Source: Naegleria gruberi
Taxonomy: Eukaryota
Length of the DNA: 64,000 bases
Assembly: GCA_000004985.1 (NCBI GenBank)
Contig: GG738865.1
Direction: 5' to 3' (one strand)
Below are positions 11,097-22,297 of this stretch, one piece after another. Below the pieces are notes generated by a model that worked only from the letters and a program-made list of their open reading frames with translations, was not told where the DNA came from and did no database searches. The position numbers and the translations under genes were made by a program. Position 1 is the first letter of the stretch; every line of letters starts with the position of its first letter.

Positions 11097-13193
11097 ATGA
11101 ATAGACGATCATCTTCTAATTGCTTTATCAATTATTTGCTGATGAATAGTCATCATCATGGCACTACAAGTACAATAAGGAGAACAATGATGAGGAGTTT
11201 AATGAATAATAATAGTGGATTGACAACAACAAAAACAACATTAATTAATAATAATAACCGAGGAGGACATTTGAATATATTGTCATCATCATCAGTATCT
11301 GTTAATAATAATAATAATAGGAGAGAATTTAAAACAAATTATTGGACACAAAGTAAACAGGAAAATGGGAATATTGTTGATCATTCATTGGTCGAAGCCT
11401 TGATTACTTTCGAAAGTTCGAGAAAAAGTGTAAATGATAATTTATCAATTCTTTGTAATCAGAGTGACATTACTGAAGAGAGATTGACATCAATATTAAA
11501 TCAAAAGATTATTGAAAAGTTAGATCCATCAACAATATTTACAATGATGCAATTCTATGCCAAGAAGGGAAATGCTCCAAAAGTTAAGGAATTATATAGA
11601 CACATCAAGAATCCAAATGAGGAATCAAAAAAGCAACTTGTTAAATTGTTGGCTTTGGCTGGTTCTAGATTGAAAACAAAAACAAATCCAGAATCAATCA
11701 CACCAAAGGTGGCAAAGAATTTAATGAAAACAATGCCTTCAAATATCAATGTAGCTCATAAGAGAAGTATTTCTGAGCTTAAAGAGGTAGAGGATGCCTT
11801 GAAAAAGAAAAAAGACAGTGTATCATATACACACAGTGTTGTAATTGAAGCATTCTCAATTAGAGGTAACATGAAACAAGCTGAAACTTATTTTGAAAAT
11901 ATTCAACATGTGAATACTGAAGTTTTAAATTCAATGATTGATGGTTGGATTAGAACTTTGACCAAGAGTGATAAATCTCTCATTGAAGGCCAATCTGAAA
12001 ACACAAGTGAAGAATCATTTAATTTTGTAAAGGGCAGAGTGAATTATTATTTTGATTTATTTGACTTGTACAAGATCAAGAGAGATGTGAGAACCTATGC
12101 CTATTTTCTCAGATTTAAATTTATTGAAGCTCTTTTCGTGGATCCTAAAGATCCAGATGTAAATTCAATTGTAGATTTAATAGAGAGTATGATAAGCAAG
12201 GATAAAATTTCACCAGACAATTATTTCGTCTCGACATTCCTTGCCAGACTGAATACCATACACTCCAAAGCCAAAGTGAAAAAGCTTTACAGTACCTATA
12301 AGAAACACCTCCTCAAAGTTAAAGTCACAAATGCCAATAATTTAGCCATCCTCACCACACTTGCCAACTCGAAATGTATTCCAGAAGCTCTTTCATTGTT
12401 TGAACACTTGAAAAAGTCACTTCCAACAAATGAAAAGACCACTGCTTATGAAATTATGATTTCCATGTTCTTGGAGAGTGATGACGAGGCAGCTATTGTG
12501 TTAATTGATGACATGATTCAAAAGAAAGTACCTAGATCCTCTAAAACTTACTACTCTGTTCTCAACTACTTTTCACAACAAGGCAATCACAAGGCAGTGT
12601 CCAAATATTTCCAACTCTTACAGGTTGAGGGGGTTTCGTTGACTCCAGAAATTCTCAAAGTATCCCTAAAGAGTTTAGCTTTAACGAGAAGTAAGAAACA
12701 AGTAATGGACATTCTCAAGAGAGCAGAAACTGAGAATTATCTCACTGAGGAAAGTTGTTCTTCATTTATTGGAACTTATGGACTTTTGGAAGAATTGGAA
12801 GAAGCTGAAAGAGTTTTCAATCTTTTCAAAGATACAAACATGCTGGATATTTACAATGAAATGTTATGTACATATGTTAATCACTCATGTGTTGGTGATG
12901 CCATCACTCTCTATTTGGATTATCCAATGAAGGGTGATATTTTCACGTATGAAACTCTTGTTGGAGCTTTGGGTATTTCAAAAGAGTATTCTGCCATTTT
13001 ACAAATTCACAAAATCATGATCAAGCTTGGTATTCGACCAACTTTTAAATATTATGATCAACTCATTGATATTCTCACCAAGGAACCAGTAACGGATCCA
13101 GAAGTTAAATCCTTCCTCCAATCTCTCCCAGATGAAATGTCTCAATTCAACATTGGACAAATTGAACAATTAATCATGAGACTTTTGTTTTAA
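11097..13193 (+). CDS. Pentatricopeptide-repeat-like (PPR) protein, probably organellar
   Basis: 698-aa ORF with a basic, hydroxylated N-terminus. It carries repeated ~35-aa helical units of PPR type (YTHSVVIEAFSIRGNMKQAETYF; TYYSVLNYFSQQGNHKAVSKYF; FTYETLVGALGISKEYSAILQIHKIMIKLGIRPT). Confidence 0.6.
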   Translation: MNRRSSSNCFINYLLMNSHHHGTTSTIRRTMMRSLMNNNSGLTTTKTTLINNNNRGGHLNILSSSSVSVNNNNNRREFKTNYWTQSKQENGNIVDHSLVEALITFESSRKSVNDNLSILCNQSDITEERLTSILNQKIIEKLDPSTIFTMMQFYAKKGNAPKVKELYRHIKNPNEESKKQLVKLLALAGSRLKTKTNPESITPKVAKNLMKTMPSNINVAHKRSISELKEVEDALKKKKDSVSYTHSVVIEAFSIRGNMKQAETYFENIQHVNTEVLNSMIDGWIRTLTKSDKSLIEGQSENTSEESFNFVKGRVNYYFDLFDLYKIKRDVRTYAYFLRFKFIEALFVDPKDPDVNSIVDLIESMISKDKISPDNYFVSTFLARLNTIHSKAKVKKLYSTYKKHLLKVKVTNANNLAILTTLANSKCIPEALSLFEHLKKSLPTNEKTTAYEIMISMFLESDDEAAIVLIDDMIQKKVPRSSKTYYSVLNYFSQQGNHKAVSKYFQLLQVEGVSLTPEILKVSLKSLALTRSKKQVMDILKRAETENYLTEESCSSFIGTYGLLEELEEAERVFNLFKDTNMLDIYNEMLCTYVNHSCVGDAITLYLDYPMKGDIFTYETLVGALGISKEYSAILQIHKIMIKLGIRPTFKYYDQLIDILTKEPVTDPEVKSFLQSLPDEMSQFNIGQIEQLIMRLLF

Positions 13194-13346
13194 AGTATTA
13201 AAGTAAATAGTTTATTATTGATTAATAGTGATTACTAATAGGTGCTAGGTGCTAATATTCAAGGTTATTAAGAATTTAAGAGAAATGCCCCCTTTGTGGG
13301 GAACAAGATTTTTTGTTATTAGCCGTGTGCTGGTTTTTCAAACACA

Positions 13347-13360
13347 TTTTCGCGCCAATT
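13347..13360. promoter_or_regulatory. E2F-like element TTTTCGCGCCAATT
   Basis: Exact TTTCGCGC core at 13348..13355, about 55 nt upstream of the kinesin ATG (13410). Confidence 0.45.
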
Positions 13361-13409
13361 TTCTGACCGTTACCATTATTAAAATACTCCAAAAAAATAA
13401 CAACAAGGT

Positions 13410-15455
13410 ATGCCTCCACCTCCTCCTTCAACATCTTCATCATCAACACCAAGAGGAAAGGCAATGCGATCTGCTTTTCTACCACCCGAAACCCCATTAT
13501 CAACCAAAATTAGAAAACCAATCAGGGCCACTCCTTCTTCTTCAACTTCCTCATCGACCAATGGCACTAAGCTACAAGAACAAGAACAGCTACAAGACCA
13601 ATGTATTAAAGTGTACATTAGAATTCGTCCGAACGATGATCATGACCAATTACAAATTGAATTTCTCAACAATTCTTCAATTCAAGTCACGTGTAAAAAT
13701 CAAGAAAAGGCAGATACACCAAAAGTATTCCTATTTGATCAGGTTTTGGATGAAAATGTTTCTCAGCAACAAGTTTTTGATTTGATTGGTGTTCCAGTTG
13801 TTGAAGAACTTCTTCAGGGGTTCAATGCTTCCATTTTAGGTTATGGACATACAGGATCTGGTAAAACATTTACAATGGGAACTAATCTTCATGAGATTGC
13901 AGATTCCTTTGAGAGTGGCAATTTGCCTGCTGCTTGTGGTTTATTGCCACGAATTGTTGAAAGGTTGCTAAACAGGAAGAAAGTGGACGAACAATTAAGC
14001 TGCTCCTTATTTGAAATTTATAATGGAGGAGTTTATGATTTATTTGGAGAGGCCAGCAAAAAGTGTAAGGTCAAGTATTCAAACGGTGTGGATGTTGTGA
14101 CCAATGCTAAAAAGAAGCTTATTCATTCACTGTCTGATCTTTCTTCCATTTCGTCTGGTTTAAAAAGGAGACATCAAAGTGCAACTGGACAAAATCTATC
14201 CTCATCAAGATCACACTGCATCTTTAGATTGTTTATCACAACTGCAGACAATACTGAAAGATGCCTAAACATGGTTGACTTGGCTGGATCTGAACGTCAA
14301 AAAACTGCCAACATTCACGCTGATAAAATGTTACTAGATGAAGCAAATTACATTAATACTTCATTGACAGTTTTGAAAAGATGCATTGAAGCAGTCTATA
14401 ATAATCAATCCAATACTGATAAGAAGACACTAGTTCCATACAGGGAAGATAATCTTGCCTTATTGTTGCATTCAACTTTGGAAGGAAATTCAAAAACTTT
14501 CTTTATTGGAAATATTGGAACTGCAAGTGAATCGATATCAACTTTGAATTATGCACAAACGGCAAGAAAGATTAAAAAGATGACTAGCAAGTTGAGTTCA
14601 ATGTTGAAGAAGAAATCAGGAGGATTGTTTGAAGAGGAAATTGAAAAGTTAAAGAAAGAGTTGGAAGAAACTAAGGGTAAATTGGATGAGGAAAGAGATA
14701 GCAAGACCAAACATATTGAAGAACTCTCACAGAAAATTGCATTATTAGAAACTAAACAACAGGAAGCTAATGAAATTCTCAAACAATCGAATACCATTAT
14801 AGAAGAGATGCAAATCAGAGACGATTCTCTGAAAGAAATTTGCTCAGAAAAAGAAGAAATTATTTCAAATCTCTTTGAAGAATTGTCAAAAGCCAGAAAA
14901 GAAAGCGAGCTCTTGGAGAAGGACAATTCAACATTGAAGAGTGAAAATTCAATTCTTTTGGAAGCAATTGAAAATCAATGTGAAATCATTAGACAACGAG
15001 ATAAGGAACATGATTCAGCTTTCCAAAATTTGAAAGAGCAACTAGACGAATATCAAAAACAGTCATCCTCAAAGACTCTTACAATTCAAACTCTGCGAGA
15101 TGAATTGAAAAAAAAGGACAAAATCATACAGAGAAAATCTTCAACTACTGCAGAACAACTTTATCAGACCATTGAAAATTTACTTAAAACAATTGAAGAT
15201 CAAAAGAAGACAATTCACATGTTTTTGAATGGAACGATGGAAGTTGTGGATATTGATAAGGAAGAAGCTCATGATGGTAATTCATGTGATAGTGATGATG
15301 ATGATGAGAAGGTGATGTCTGATTCTCCAGTTGTGAAATCAAACAAACGAAAGGTAATTTCTCCACTCCAAAATATTGTCTATGAATCAACAGATGAAAA
15401 TAATGAACCAGAATGTAAATATTCAAAATCTGATTTATTAGAATATTTAAAATAA
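13410..15455 (+). CDS. Kinesin-like protein, N-terminal motor plus coiled-coil stalk (divergent/orphan family)
   Basis: Motor motifs IKVYIRIRP, GYGHTGSGKTFTMG (P-loop), SSRSHCIF (switch I) and VDLAGSERQ (switch II), then about 250 aa of coiled coil. Stop TAA at 15453..15455. Confidence 0.9.
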   Translation: MPPPPPSTSSSSTPRGKAMRSAFLPPETPLSTKIRKPIRATPSSSTSSSTNGTKLQEQEQLQDQCIKVYIRIRPNDDHDQLQIEFLNNSSIQVTCKNQEKADTPKVFLFDQVLDENVSQQQVFDLIGVPVVEELLQGFNASILGYGHTGSGKTFTMGTNLHEIADSFESGNLPAACGLLPRIVERLLNRKKVDEQLSCSLFEIYNGGVYDLFGEASKKCKVKYSNGVDVVTNAKKKLIHSLSDLSSISSGLKRRHQSATGQNLSSSRSHCIFRLFITTADNTERCLNMVDLAGSERQKTANIHADKMLLDEANYINTSLTVLKRCIEAVYNNQSNTDKKTLVPYREDNLALLLHSTLEGNSKTFFIGNIGTASESISTLNYAQTARKIKKMTSKLSSMLKKKSGGLFEEEIEKLKKELEETKGKLDEERDSKTKHIEELSQKIALLETKQQEANEILKQSNTIIEEMQIRDDSLKEICSEKEEIISNLFEELSKARKESELLEKDNSTLKSENSILLEAIENQCEIIRQRDKEHDSAFQNLKEQLDEYQKQSSSKTLTIQTLRDELKKKDKIIQRKSSTTAEQLYQTIENLLKTIEDQKKTIHMFLNGTMEVVDIDKEEAHDGNSCDSDDDDEKVMSDSPVVKSNKRKVISPLQNIVYESTDENNEPECKYSKSDLLEYLK

Positions 15456-15458
15456 AAA

Positions 15459-16529
15459 ATGGGAAATAGTCAACCAAGTAGAAATTTCACAAAAAATCAA
15501 TTAACAACACCAGTTTCCATTCCGATATTGTTTCTTATCGGAGATAAATCAAGTGGAAAGACGCAAACTATTCTTTCATATAACCACAGTTTCGAATTAA
15601 ACAGACGAACCCGACATTTAATTATTGAACTTTCGCGATGCATTCTTGGTTATGAAGCTCATCAAATTTCCAAGATTGACGAAAAACATTACAAAAGCAT
15701 TGCAAAAAAGTTAAAAAAAACTTGGAATTCCAAAAAGGAAAATTCTTTAAAATTCAACGCTGAAAATTTTAAAAGAAATTTAAATTATTTTGAAATTTCA
15801 ATTGAAAAACTTTTGGAAATTCTTGAAAAAATTGTAAAGGACGAATTTAGTACTGAATTGACCAATTCAGAAATTCAAATTATTGAACAAGCTCAACTAT
15901 TAATTCATCCATTTGCTTATTTCCTGGAAAATTGGTCAATTGGAACACAAACTAATCAATTAGTTGAATTATGTGCAATTCCAAGATCGAAATTATCACT
16001 TGATTCAGAAACATTTTCATGGATGAAAGAAAGAGAAAATTCTGTCGTTTTGGTTTTCATTTCATTGATTGGATGGTTGGATGAAACAGAGTATAATTTT
16101 CACAATTTTGATGAGATTGGAAAGGTGCTTGGACACGTTTCGAATAAGAAATTCGAATTTGTTTTTACAAAACCAGATCTGTTGTGGAAAATTCTGGCAA
16201 AAGGAGTGAAATATAAACATCAGGTGAAAGATACAAGAGCAGAGTTATTGGATATGGAAACTAAATACGGATTCGATCGAATAGTTAGCTCAATAATTTC
16301 AAAATACGAAACTGAACTACTGGCAGAATGCAATGATGCACAGAAACCTTTCAACTATCACATAGCAAGAACCAATTCATTGGACGAAATCTCAAAAGTG
16401 ATTGAAAGTGCCACTTCTGAATTTTCTCAATTTATTTCACCATTTATTATTCGAAAGACTTTATTCCAACCAGCACATTCCAATCAATTATTCTATTCAG
16501 ATCTATTAATATTGTGCATCTACCCTTAA
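15459..16529 (+). CDS. Divergent G-protein alpha-subunit-like protein with degenerate GTPase motifs
   Basis: MGNSQPS fits the N-myristoylation pattern MGxxxS. P-loop LFLIGDKSSGKTQTI. Overall G-alpha layout, but DVGGQR is replaced by LCAIPRSK and NKKD by TKPD (VVLVFISL..FEFVFTKPDLLWKIL). The ATG lies 3 nt after the kinesin stop. Confidence 0.55.
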   Translation: MGNSQPSRNFTKNQLTTPVSIPILFLIGDKSSGKTQTILSYNHSFELNRRTRHLIIELSRCILGYEAHQISKIDEKHYKSIAKKLKKTWNSKKENSLKFNAENFKRNLNYFEISIEKLLEILEKIVKDEFSTELTNSEIQIIEQAQLLIHPFAYFLENWSIGTQTNQLVELCAIPRSKLSLDSETFSWMKERENSVVLVFISLIGWLDETEYNFHNFDEIGKVLGHVSNKKFEFVFTKPDLLWKILAKGVKYKHQVKDTRAELLDMETKYGFDRIVSSIISKYETELLAECNDAQKPFNYHIARTNSLDEISKVIESATSEFSQFISPFIIRKTLFQPAHSNQLFYSDLLILCIYP

Positions 16530-16883
16530 TAATCCTTTAAATACAGTGAAAAATTGATTATTTTTAACAGAAACTTTCCGTAATGAAATATAACAGTTGA
16601 CATTTCCATAACTCGTGTCAAGTTTCTATCCAATTCTATCTTCATATTACATGATGAAGAAGGTAGAGTAAGCAACTGCCAAACATCAAAATTTGGCCAG
16701 CTCTATACACCAAACAAACATCTTGAAAGTTTTGCAAGTTTAAATTTCAGATCTTGGAAAAAAACGTTGCAACTTTCCATAAACAGTTTCTATTGCCAGA
16801 ACTGTAAAGAAAAAACCAAACTAATCTTCATAGCGCTCAAATTAAACTTTTAGCTTATTAGAAGACACAAAAAAATAAACACA

Positions 16884-19162
16884 ATGAAGTGGTTCTCTAC
16901 TACACATGTGTTTTGTTTGTTGTTGATTTTGTTGGTAGTGGTAGAAAGTGAGTTGACAATTCTGTCAAGCGAAGATTTGGCATTTGACAGTTCCAGGAGT
17001 AATCAGAGTGTTATTGAAAGGAAATTATTATCAATTGACGAAAATATAAAGAGAATCAATATTTCTAACACAAATTTCCTTCAAAATTTAGCAAATGACA
17101 ATTGGCAGGTAATCGCATCAACTCAATCACTAGTAATTGTTAGTTTACAGAATTTAACAACCATTGATGATGTTCTTCTACTCGCATCACGTAAACTAAT
17201 TAAAATTGGTGTACACACTATTATTGGAATAGACATTAGGTTTGTGGAGACGAAACTTCAACTAAACTCGACGAAACACTTCTACAAGACTGAGAGAATG
17301 GACAGAACATCTTCTGATTGTTGGATGGGAAATGTTTTCGAATATTTCGATGTTGTAATTTCAAGTGATTTGTTTCTTCCAATTCTCATAAGACAAAATC
17401 GAGATTGTTATGTCACAACCCCAGTGTTTAGAACATTAGATTATCAAGATTTGAGTTTAGTTTCATTTTCTCCCTTTGAAATAGTAATAGCAAACTCAAA
17501 AGCATCATTTAATGATCTTGTCACCTATCAATATGAAATAATGAACGACATGTTCAAAAATTTACAAATTTCACAACAAGTTTGTGAATCAACGACAAGT
17601 TCATACAAGGAACATGATTATTCAGTGTTGAGAATTGAACAATTTTTCACAAATATTTCAGCGGATGATTTTTTATTTATTGTGGAATATCATGCGTTGG
17701 ATAATTGGACACTAAATCAAACATTTACTAATTTGGCATTTGAAATGGTGTTAAATAGAACTGGATATAGTGTTGATAAGCTCAATTCTATGAAAAGATC
17801 ATTCTTTCCCACAAAATGTTACTCCTGTCTAACGTCATCTTGTATGTGGGAAGACAGAGCTAGTCCAGTAGCTTCAAATGCAGATGGTGTCAGTATTGGA
17901 GGTGGTATCTCTCTATTCATTGCATTATTTTTCTATTTTCCTTCTTTAATTCTATTCAGAAACAGAGAATCGGTCAAGATTCGTCTCATTGTTCCATACG
18001 TTTCGGTTCTGAGTCCAGTTTTCATCATGTTGATTCAGATTTTTCAACTTATCAAGCCGTGTTATTTGCTCTATCAGATTGCTGTTAATTTTCTATCCTG
18101 TTGGTCGATTATCATTTATTTTTTGATTTGTATTCGATTCGTCTTGTTGAGAAATATTTATACGCTAGTTCTGTATCTTAATGAGAGACATATCAAGATT
18201 TTAAAATGGTTAGTGAGTAAGAGAGTTGCAAGTATTGGATCCTTTCTGATGGGTGTGTTGATTGGATGTTTAGTTTCCCTCGTTCCCCTTGTTGGATTTT
18301 ATGATGTAAGTTGTTATTCGAATCCCAAACTAAACATCTTCTTTGAAAATAGGAATTCTTTGGAAATCGTGCTGCCATACAATGTGCTTTCATCACCTTT
18401 GGAATCACTGTAGCCATTGCAACATTATCATTACTAGCACTTGTCATTCATTTCCTCTTCAAGATTCCAATAATTTGGAGAAGAGGTCTATTATATATTC
18501 TATTCTTTGATGATCCATTTCAAATCAAGTTTGATATTTTATTCTTCTCACTCAATACTATAGTCATTACAGTTTATTTATTCACAGAGGCGAATCAGAA
18601 TTATGTTTACAGTATTTTTGCACCACTCCTATCTCACAATATTGGAATGTTGTATAGAGGAGGTTTAGTTTTGATTATTGAATGGTTTAAAACGATTTAT
18701 TTTAGAAAACAACTGAATATGACTGAGAAGGAGAAAGTGGACGAATTGGTTCTTCATTTGGAAAATCCAGAATTCTTCAATTTAATGAAGGAATTTGTTG
18801 CAAAGGAAACTTCACTTGAGAACTTGAAATTTTACGAAGAATTGAAACAAATAGAAAGAATGAGTCAATCTGACAAGAATCCCAAAATCAGTCACGAAGA
18901 AATGATTCGAATAAGGGACAAGTACTTTAAAGAAAATGTTCTATACGAATTGAATATTGGAGGCCAAACTAAGCAATCGTTTCACAATCTCGTAGCAACA
19001 GCTGCAAATCCAAATGAAGAAGTTCGCCTTAAAGATTTGAAATTCATTCTCGATGAAGAATTGATGGGAAATTTGAGTGATGCCTATTTGAGATTGAAAC
19101 AACAACCAGGTTTTAAGAGATGGAAAGTAGCTCACAATATTTATATTGAGGAAAAGGAATAG
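16884..19162 (+). CDS. Seven-transmembrane receptor-like protein with C-terminal RGS domain (7TM-RGS)
   Basis: Exons 16884..18305 and 18353..19162 (47-nt intron GTAAGT..AATAG, phase 0). Signal peptide MKWFSTTHVFCLLLILLVVVES, an ectodomain of about 330 aa, and seven hydrophobic segments. RGS box LENPEFFNLMKEFVAKETSLENLKFYEELKQ..IRDKYFKENVLYELNIG..SDAYLRLKQQPGFKRW. Confidence 0.8.
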
Positions 19163-19448
19163 TTTGGGAGTTTTGGAAAAATTTGTACTTTTCTCTATCC
19201 CAAGATTGAGTTTTGATTCTTGAATTCATCTTGGTTCCTTGAAAATCAGTGAAATTACTTTTCGTTCCATTTATTGGAGGAATTCTCTGAATAGTTCACT
19301 CTCGTATTAGGAAAAGCAAACTCATTCCTTTATGAGAGCTCTATGGAACGTTGAAAACCTCATAATCAGTTTGAGAATCCATTAATGTGAAATTTTAGAA
19401 AATATTCTTTACTATTATGGTTAAAGAAATATAGTTCTGGATAATCTT

Positions 19449-21133
19449 TTATTCGTCAGCAATTGCTTTCATATTTTTAATTTCTTCCTCGTGTTTCTCT
19501 CTCAATTCCTTCTTATTGAGCGATTTCTTAAGAATTGCCAAGAATAAGAAAGCTGGAATTAACCAAATAAATAAAACTAAAAGTAAGGTTTGAGGAAGTT
19601 TGAGTTTGGACAAGATACTATAAACACCACTGGTCACAGAAATTCCCAAATAGGTAAATGTTGAAAAGAAACCCATAAATTCACACTTCTTTTCCAATGG
19701 AATTAATTTGCTCATTAATCCACGAGCTACACTAGCATTCCATGCATATAAAAATCCAACAACCAGAAATTGAGCCAAAACAATGTACTTTTCCACTTTC
19801 ATTGAAATTGTAATAAATACTGAATTGAAGAAGAATTAGAAAATTCTCATTCAATTTGATTTGAAAACTTACTCGAAAGTGTTAAAACTCCAAAAAGTGA
19901 ATTTTGACCTGCCAAAACATAAATGTCATGAACCTTGAATAATTTCTCAAAAATTACACCTCCAATCACACCACCAACCATGGCAATCTTGAAATACAAG
20001 TTCAATAACACCTCCTGTTCAAGTCCAAAATTATAAATATCAATAAAAAGAGGTCCCAAATAAATTGTCACAACAGTACCAGCTGTGGAGAAGAATAAAT
20101 AGGAAAAGAGGAAAATCCAACAGTGATAGTATTGCTCATTCCTTCTCCAATGGATGAAGGTCTCAGCAAGTGATTTTAAAGATTTGGCAACCACTGCATA
20201 GACCTTTCCCAATCCTCTCAAATATTTTGGTAATTTGGAGAAACATTCAGGAATTTGCAAAGTTTGTGCTGTTTTGGCAGAAATTGGCTCTGGATTCAGA
20301 GTGACCTTATCTACACCATTTGGACTCAGAATGACAAACAGAGAGACCAGAATGGTGAGACTTGTGAAAACGAGAACCCACCAATTTTCTCTCGAAATAT
20401 CCCAAACTCCTCCCGAAAAAACACTCGAAGGTACAAAGGCCAATACCAATAATCCAACAAGATTGACACCAAATCCAATGAAATTACCCAACAAACTCAA
20501 AATCATCATATTCTTCTTATCAAAACAAGGTAAGAGAGCATTATTATTCATTACTGAAAATCTCAAAAAGAACATGGCCAATATATACACAATTTCACAA
20601 ATAGCCAAATGAGAAGTATAATCCTGTGGTGATTCATGTGGTAATTTATCAGTGAAAAACAATCCAATTGTTGCCAAAATACCCAAATACATTGTCACCA
20701 TCATTGAACTCCTAATTAATTTCAAATTATCAACCAAAGATCCCAAAATTGGCAATGTCAATGCACTTGCCAATGTTGTCACTGTATTAATAATTGAAAA
20801 TGCAGTAGAATACTCAGCTCCACTACCAGAAGCAACATTATGTAAAATCTTTGGATACAGAGCTGAATAGACAATTGTGTTCAACACATTAAAAACAATA
20901 CTAAACGATAACCATCCAATTGAACTTTTCACAACATGAAACAGTATCTGTGTTCTACTACTATGACCCATTCTATTCATTCCATTCTTAGCATCATCAT
21001 GTTCTGCATCATCATCATTCATCATTAATTGTTTTGATTCTTCATTATCAACAAATGATTGATCATGATGATCTATTGATTGAAAACGAGCATGATGATC
21101 ATATTCATCACCTCCATCTCCTCTTTGTATCAT
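19449..21133 (-). CDS. 12-TM major-facilitator-type transporter (possibly Atg22/UMF1-like)
   Basis: Exons 19873..21133 and 19449..19819 (53-nt intron GTAAGT..TTCAG, phase 1). 6+6 hydrophobic segments with a central loop and an acidic, His-rich N-terminus. The subfamily is uncertain. Confidence 0.6.
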
Positions 21134-21704
21134 TTCTTGTTCTTCTGTTCTGTTGTTGTTGATGATGATGTTGAAGAAGAAATGATGATGCAGAATTATT
21201 GTGATGATGAGGATGAGGATGATGATTATTGGAGAGTGATGATAGATCGGAGGGTGCCTTGACGAGTGGTGTAAATTTACTTGGCATTAATTCTTCTCTT
21301 TTTCACAACAAGTGTATGTAGTACTATTAATTATTAAATGTTTGAATATATTGAATATATTGAATTCCTCCGATGAAAATATTTGGATGAGGATGTTGGT
21401 GAGTGATGTGAAGAATCTTTTTTTCAAAGGGTTTTTTGAAAGTTGAGAAGGAGCGGTTTGGCAATGGATGTGTGAAAAGATATTTTGTAAAGATTGGTTC
21501 AGTATGTGATGATGGTAAATTGTATTGAGGCAAAGGGCAAAACGTTGAAGACATTGTTAGTGATATTGAAAAGGGGACTGTTTGATATTTAACAGAAATG
21601 GATTTTCACAAAAGAAATAGTTAAAAATAATCTCAAAGTTGAACTAGAGTCTAGAAATTCTGAAGAAGAGAGAAAGGATATCTTTTATTGACATGCATTA
21701 ATGA

Positions 21705-22073
21705 TCACTTGTTGGATTGATAGATTGAGGAGAGGCTCTCAATTATATCTTTACTCTTTGCAAGTTTTTCTTTTCCAAATTCAATCAAATAACCAATAGA
21801 TCTTATCTGATTCAAGAGCAGCAAAATACAACTCATAGATATGATTGCATATAAATTATTGAAACTACAATAAATCAAAGCAATAAAGTTCAGTAAAGTG
21901 TATATTAACATGCCTAGAGGATCTCTTGTTGCCATTGAATAAAACCCACATAAAACTGCCAACAAAAGCAAAATACGTATGAGTGAAAAACTATAGTTAA
22001 GGGGAGGAGAAAATCTGGAAAAACAAGATAAGATCACCAAAAATCCAATTAGCACCAATTGAAAGGAGAACAT
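21705..22073 (-). CDS. Hypothetical small 4-TM membrane protein
   Basis: ATG ORF of 122 aa, strongly hydrophobic. No family recognised. Confidence 0.45.
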   Translation of the reverse strand: MFSFQLVLIGFLVILSCFSRFSPPLNYSFSLIRILLLLAVLCGFYSMATRDPLGMLIYTLLNFIALIYCSFNNLYAIISMSCILLLLNQIRSIGYLIEFGKEKLAKSKDIIESLSSIYQSNK

Positions 22074-22297
22074 GTTTCCTAATTTCGAAAATCGGTACTG
22101 ATTTGGAAAGAGGCAATCAGTGGTTCAATATGTTTGGCAAACATGTCGTAAAGTGGTGTCGTGTTGCTTTCAGAGTTGAGCAAGATTGGTTCTGTATGTC
22201 GAGACATTTTTTAAGTTGCTTTCAACCAACTAGAATAATACGCATGCACCTTCTCTGATTGGTCCAAATACGAACTTTACAAAAAATGAATACGTAT

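Noticed and set aside
21152-21190. Consecutive triplet runs (gtt)3(gat)3 gtt (gaa)3(atg)3 just upstream of the MFS-type transporter ATG. On the coding strand the frame is open for about 50 codons without an ATG.
   Set aside because: There is no start codon or splice signal to incorporate it into the CDS. It is most simply a low-complexity 5' leader. The + strand ORF 21080..21262 is an acidic artefact of the same repeats.
21327-21554. A 75-codon minus-strand ATG ORF containing a 9-bp tandem repeat (tgaatatat x2.5 at 21343..21365).
   Set aside because: It lies in the promoter region of the transporter gene, has an odd composition and shows no recognisable motif. I consider it a chance ORF, at low confidence.
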